Shown: positions 58,723-64,000 of the stretch, one piece after another
Position numbering within the stretch: the first letter of the stretch is position 1
How the letters are laid out: each line of letters starts with the position of its first letter
Assembly: GCA_000708835.1 (NCBI GenBank)
Contig: DF237255.1
Location: 42,597 to 106,596 of the forward strand
Length of the DNA: 64,000 nucleotides
Source: Klebsormidium nitens
Lineage: Eukaryota; Plantae; Klebsormidiophyceae
Reading direction: 5' to 3'
Program-made: the position numbers and the translations under genes
The notes under the pieces: model-generated
What the model was told of the DNA's origin: nothing
Database searches by the model: none
The model's input: only the letters and a program-made list of their open reading frames with translations

Positions 58723-61700
58723 ATGGAGGGCAGCAATGTTGGCCCCGAAGCAAATTGGCGGCCGGGGGGTCGCCCAGACAGATCAAATGATGGCTGGCGC
58801 CAAGAAAGTGGCGATCGGCGCCCAAGAAATGACAGCCGGCAGGGAGAGCACGCCAGCTGGCGTGGAGGAAGTGACAGCTGGCAGCGGGGACATGGCGGCT
58901 GGCATGGAGGACGCGACAGCTGGCGGGCCTCCCAGCAGCCTTCTTCACAGTCCAGGAACAGAACGGGTGACAATGCTGAGCACTTTGGAACCACTGGCGC
59001 TCAGGGGCGCGGTCTGAGGGGCCAACAAATTGCCGGACAATATGGCAACAGGATACTCAGCTCGGAGCGTCCGCAGACATGGTCTGAAACTCGATCAAGG
59101 CAGGACACTCAGCAGAGGCGACCACAACAGCTTCCGCAGACTGGCCAAAGGGAAAGCGTGGGAGAGATTACGGAAAAAGTGCAAGGTATGAGCTTAGAAA
59201 GGGGCCCGCGGGAGACGGGTGGTAAGGAAGTTGCACGGGGCCTTCTGGGAACGTGCCTGGACATGTGCCCAGGTAAGTCAAGCTTGCGCTGCTTTCGTTA
59301 CTCTTCTCTCTTTCTATCTTTCATTCATTCTTTGTTAGCAATATCCAAGGTTTGAAGAAATATATGCTTGAATCAATTTCCCAGCTAGATCGAAAGCCTC
59401 ACCAACTTCTCACCCATCTGTTTCGACCATGCGACCACCTTCCGTGCCGTGAACTATCGTAGGATCTTTGCAGCAGGCCTTTTGTTTGCTCCTCTCACAA
59501 GAGGCGCATGGTTGCTCGTAGTGAACTTCAGCCAAGCATAGTTTGGTTCAAGAGATGTTTCGAGACTCGGATCAGTCTCAGTGACCATAAACAAGTATGT
59601 GACCCAGAGGTAGCATCAAGAGCTGCGCTCTAAGCACTGTCGATCAATCCACCCAATCTCAGTCTCCAAACTTTAAGAACGTTTTGAAGCACCTAGTCAC
59701 AAAACCAACGGTTTGTCGGCGACCTGACTTCTTGGAGCGCATCCGAAACTGAGTACTTCTTTCATTACAGAAAAGCTCCAAGCCAAAGCCGAACCTCTTC
59801 GGTTGTTGATGTGCACATCTTCTTTTCGATGTTATAGAAAAGGAGCGCCGGGACCGAGAGCGGTTTAAGGACCTGGCGGTCTTTGAGAGGGTGGATGGAA
59901 GCCGGGAGCGGACCTCTGCGGACCTAGCCGTCAAAAAGGTGCGCAGTACTATGAAACTGCTGTCCCTGCAGCCCTCGCAGTGGGATTTCTGGGCCTTCGC
60001 TTTATCATACCCACCCCACAGGAAGGCTGTCTTGACATTCTGACAACGAATCCAGACTCTGAAACACCTCCAGGCACATCTGTCCAAAACTCTGCAGCCC
60101 CTCCATTTGAAGGACTTCGGAGGATTGCCTTAGACAACATCGCTTTGCCCACGAAATGCCCCCACGGTTCTCCCTTGTGTTGGTCAATCTGGCGACAAGC
60201 ACTGCACATGACATGTTCGAACGAAGTGTTGCTCCTATGTCAGGATATGTCACACGTAGTATCTGTTTGTCCTGCTGATACTAACACGTTGAGTTGCGGA
60301 ACCTGCTTTGTTTTCACCTACTCTTTTGCCCTCTTTGGAGAAGCCACTTCTCATGTGCGATGTATGGAGTTGAATCCCTGGCACAAGTCTGTCCACCGTT
60401 CAGTGGAGTTCTTACCATCTTTTTCCCTGAGAGTTGGCACATCTGAATGCCCCATCTCAAACACAACCTTCCTTTGTCCACAACTCTGTCGACTCTCAGA
60501 AGCGACAGAGCATCTTCGAAACTGCCCACTTTCGGCGGCCCCCCCCTCCCTCGCCCACCCTCAAAAACCTCGAACGTGAAGGTTGAATGCCGCTTTGGTT
60601 AGCAGACACTGTGGATCTTGTTTCCTTCCAGTTCTCGAGAAATGCGGCCGAGTGCCCCGAGGACATTCGCCCGGTTCCAGTGCTCCTGCGGACAATGGAG
60701 TACCTTCTGGGCTTGCTGGACGATCCCCGGGGGCAGTCCCTTGCGACAGTGCACGCCTTTCTCTGGGATCGCTTCCGAGCCATTCGGCAGGTAAGGCAGT
60801 CCTCGATCGATGTTCGTCCGTTTCTGTCGAGTGGTTGATCGCAGTTGTTTCTCTCCGTTGCTTTGTTCTGTCGATTGAGTGTTAGCTCGTCTCGTCGTTT
60901 GGTAGCCTAGTTTCTGTATGTAATTTTCACAGTTGTGCAAGCTGTTTTTCGGAAGTACCTCTGGGCCATCCGGCAGGGGAGGCAATCCCTCTTGAATTGA
61001 TTGAATATCTCTCCCCCCCCTCTAGCATAGACGTCATTCCTCGCTCTTGTTTGTCCTCGCAGGACCTCACTTGCATGTTAGCACTTCCCTCTCTCAGACC
61101 GCAGTGTGCCTCCCCAAACGCATTGCGCCTACAAAACCCAATTCCCCTCGGCGAAATTAAGGGAGAGAGTTCTTTAGTCTGCTATTTTTTATCCTCTAGA
61201 AACGATTGATCCATCTTCTGGAAAACAACTCTCCTCGCAGGACCTCACTCTCCAGCACTGCGTCTCTCCTGCCGCAGTGCGCCTCCACGAGCAAATGGCG
61301 CGATTCCACATTCTCTCCCACTACGAGTTATGCGAATCCTCGGGCCCCCAAGTCCGCGCTTCCCCCCCGGAAGAGGAGCGGTTCGAGCCGCATATGAATC
61401 TGGAACAGCTGTCGAAGACGCTGGCCGGGCTGTTTCAGATGTACGACGATCTGCACCGAAAAGGGGGGGTGGAGTTCCGGACGGAGGGCGAGTTCCGGGC
61501 GTACTATATTTTGATGCAGACGGCGAAAAGTGACGGACGGGTGAGGCCGATTTTTGAAAAAGCGCACGGTCTTTTGTTGCTTGTACCTCACCGTCTTTCG
61601 TATGTTTCCTTGCTTCTTTTCCCCTTTGTCCTCGGTTTCATGTTGTTTTCCCTCAGCGGCTTACCACGAAATGTGGCAAACGAGTTATACCACTTGAAAC

Positions 61701-63282
61701 AGATTGAATCTAGGTAACGGAAAAATACTTTTAGAACCCTCGGCTCAAAGCAGTTTTTCTGCTTTGGGGACGACTCTGAGACCCTTCCAAGAAGAGCAAA
61801 CTCTCGTAAGTCGAAACCGCGCTCGAATTCCGTTGACTTCCGTGCTTGACAAACTGCAAATAAACTCCGCAGCGTTTACCCCCCTGCTGATGGGCCTCCG
61901 TCCGCTGGTGCTCCGGACGCCCGAAGTGCGCTTCCCTTTATTTGCGTTTGTCTTCCGTTTTTGAGAAACGAAATTCCGCTGCAAATGGGCGCTGCCGCCG
62001 TGACCCCCTCACTCATGCGCCTCCGTCTGGTGGTGATCTGGTCGTTCTATTTCCGTTGCGTTCAAACCTTGAGAAACGGATTCCGCGCAGGTGGACGCTG
62101 CCGCCGTGACCCCCCTGCTGATGCGTCTCCGTCCGGCGGTGCTCCAATCGTGCGAGGTATGCTTCACTCTGCGCGCCTTCTGCTGTGCGCGCGCAGGGGA
62201 CTACGTCCGCTTCTTCAGGCTGGCCGCCGGGGCCTCTTATCTCCAGACCTGCATCCTTCACGGGGCGTTTCCGCAGGTGACTTAGCGAAAGAGCGTCGTT
62301 CTCGAATGCTCGACTTGTTTCAATTTGTTGTTCCTTCTTTTTTGGCCTTCTCCTTTCGGTAGTTTACTTCTGTCTGTCGGGTCGCTTGCTTGCGTCTTTC
62401 CTTCTGACTTTTTAGCTCTGTTGCTTGGCTTTCACTCCTATTTTCTTTCTGTCTGTTTTTCTCGATTCTTCCTTGAATGCTCCTAAGCCAGGGCCGAAAA
62501 GAGTGGCAAATCAAGTGTGAAAACACAACTGCGTTAGCACCGACTGTTGAGGGTTCACTCCGCCTATCGCAGCGCTTTTACCATTAGCTTGCCCGTCAAA
62601 TTCGACTCTCAGAGCGCTTTCGGGAAGACGTCCAGAATCTGCGTCGACGACACTTGCTGTGATGATGCTTAATTTGCGCGACCACCGAGCAAGCTCGAGT
62701 CTGGCAACGTGTGCTGTTGCTTCGATGGGTGCATCGCGTCATTCAGAGCGACAAGCTTCGAGGAGCTGCTTCGAAAGGCAAACGCTCAGCTGCCTTTCGA
62801 GTGCTTCGCTGCGCATAAGATTCACTGTGCGTATAGTTACTTTCGCGCATGCTTTCGCTCAGTAGTTGGCCCGCTTACACCTTTGCGTCTTTTCTACTTG
62901 GTTTCCAGCTTGGCCTATACTATTCTTTGGTATAATCCCCTGCGTATGACTTACTTCGTGTCTGAAAGGCTTCCTGTGTTTTCCACAGGTGCGTTCCCGT
63001 GCTCTTCAAGTCCTCAACAAAGCCAGCATGAAGGGCCAGGCCTGGCCGCTGGCCGCCCTTTCCTCGGTCCTTTCTACCGAGGGAGAGGTGGCTCCCAGCG
63101 TGTTGTGCTTAGACTACGGCCTGAGACTGGCCGAGGATAGACAGGGGCAACCGGCCGTGCTTCTGAATGAACCGGGCGTGATAGTGCAAAGGCCTGTGAA
63201 CACTGTACATAGGAAGGCTAGGTTGGTAGACGGCCTCAGACGATTGCGGTCGTTGAGAAGTGAGGTAGAATGCAACGCGTAA
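58723..63282 (+). CDS. SAC3: SAC3/GANP-family (PCI domain) protein, short SAC3C/SAC3D1-like form; exons 58723..59272, 59838..59938, 60632..60790, 61241..61540, 62091..62276, 62989..63282
   Basis: GTCLDMCPEKERRDRE...LAVFER...LAVKKFSR...DIRPVPVLLRTMEYL...FLWDRFRAIRQDLTLQ...HEQMARFHILS...NLEQLSKTL...YDD...EGEFRAYYIL...YVRFFRL..ASYLQTCILH...VRSRALQVL. Junctions are GT-AG and in phase. Confidence 0.92.
61030..61116 (+). repeat. Diverged intronic copy of SAC3 exon-4 acceptor and exon start
   Basis: TCCTCGCAG|GACCTCACT...AGCACT.C.TCTCTC..GCCGCAGTG.GCCTCC at 61063 versus the real junction at 61241. Confidence 0.85.
61860..62040 (+). repeat. Two diverged intronic copies of SAC3 exon-5 acceptor / exon start
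   Basis: CCCCCTGCTGATGGGCCTCCGTCCGCTGGTGCTCC (about 61879) and GAGAAACGAAATTCCGCTGCAA|ATGGGCGCTGCCGCCGTGACCCCC (about 61964) versus real GAGAAACGGATTCCGCGCAG|GTGGACGCTGCCGCCGTGACCCCC (62091). Confidence 0.85.
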
Positions 63283-64000
63283 TGTACGACGAGTATTTGG
63301 CAAAAGATGCGACGTCGAGTGTGGTTACAGTGGACTGTATATATAGCAATTTTCACTACAGGAAACGCTGGCTGCCATTGCGGCGCGGCTGTCATGCATT
63401 TAATCAAGCGAAGCACCAGATGACAAGGAACAAACATTTGGGTCTCGGTTGAGCGAGTGACCAGACATGATCCGATCGAGGCGGCCTTGTCGATTTCCGT
63501 GACTGTGACAGTGACTGGAGTAAAGTACAAAGAGTCCCATCGGCCGGCCGGCAAAGCTCTTACGACAATGATTCGAATGCTCGCAGGGTCGATAAGCTCA
63601 CTAACGTCTGCACGCCCGCTGCATGTTGCCATATCCGGATCCACATAGCGACGATCGTGGTGGCAAATGCCACATATGCATTCGACAGCTCTGGCACTAG
63701 GCTACCATGCATATTATCAGTCGATCGATAACATGATTGGCCGTCTGTGCGACGGCAAGGGCTTGCCTCTTCCTCGATTCCAACCGCTATCAACGGTTGT
63801 AAATCGCAGGTGGCATCGAATATTGGCAATCTTCGTTTCTACGGTGTAGATGTCTGGGTCGTGAAACCAGCCAACCGAGCAAGCGCGAAATTCCGACGTC
63901 GTATCGCGGACATGCACGAAGGCCAACTTCAAGACTTGCACCATGGACCGCTCAGACCCATTTGTTCGATTCGTAAGGTGCAACTGCGCCGCGCGCGGGG

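Noticed and set aside
1-64000. tRNA, rRNA or other structured ncRNA genes
   Set aside because: None were recognised by eye. A covariance-model scan would be needed to exclude them.

Overview
Eukaryotic nuclear DNA with GT-AG introns, consistent with a streptophyte green alga such as Klebsormidium (inferred from gene content and intron style, not verified). Six intron-containing host genes can be assembled in frame by hand: a C7orf25/DUF1308-family gene (5' end outside the window), a six-repeat tectonin-type beta-propeller lectin (minus), a secreted polyphenol oxidase (plus), an organellar translation initiation factor IF-3 (minus), a small two-TM orphan protein and a SAC3/GANP-family gene (plus). 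An apparently intact, spliced hAT-type transposon of about 5.7 kb sits between the divergent lectin and PPO genes. About 21 kb (26.1-47.35 kb) looks like several heavily decayed TIR/NB-ARC/LRR-like gene copies. The most striking unexplained pattern: in four unrelated genes, introns carry tandem 'echo' copies of the neighbouring splice junction (acceptor plus exon start, or exon end plus donor), up to about 10 copies. In every acceptor array the functional junction is the last copy, and the decoys I could translate either lost the AG or run into stop codons. Also notable: dense GTAC (copper-response-like) clusters in front of the PPO and lectin genes, an array of ATG8-interacting-like motifs in the DUF1308 protein, and a 91-nt fold-back hairpin. 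All family assignments come from motif recognition by eye; no searches were run.
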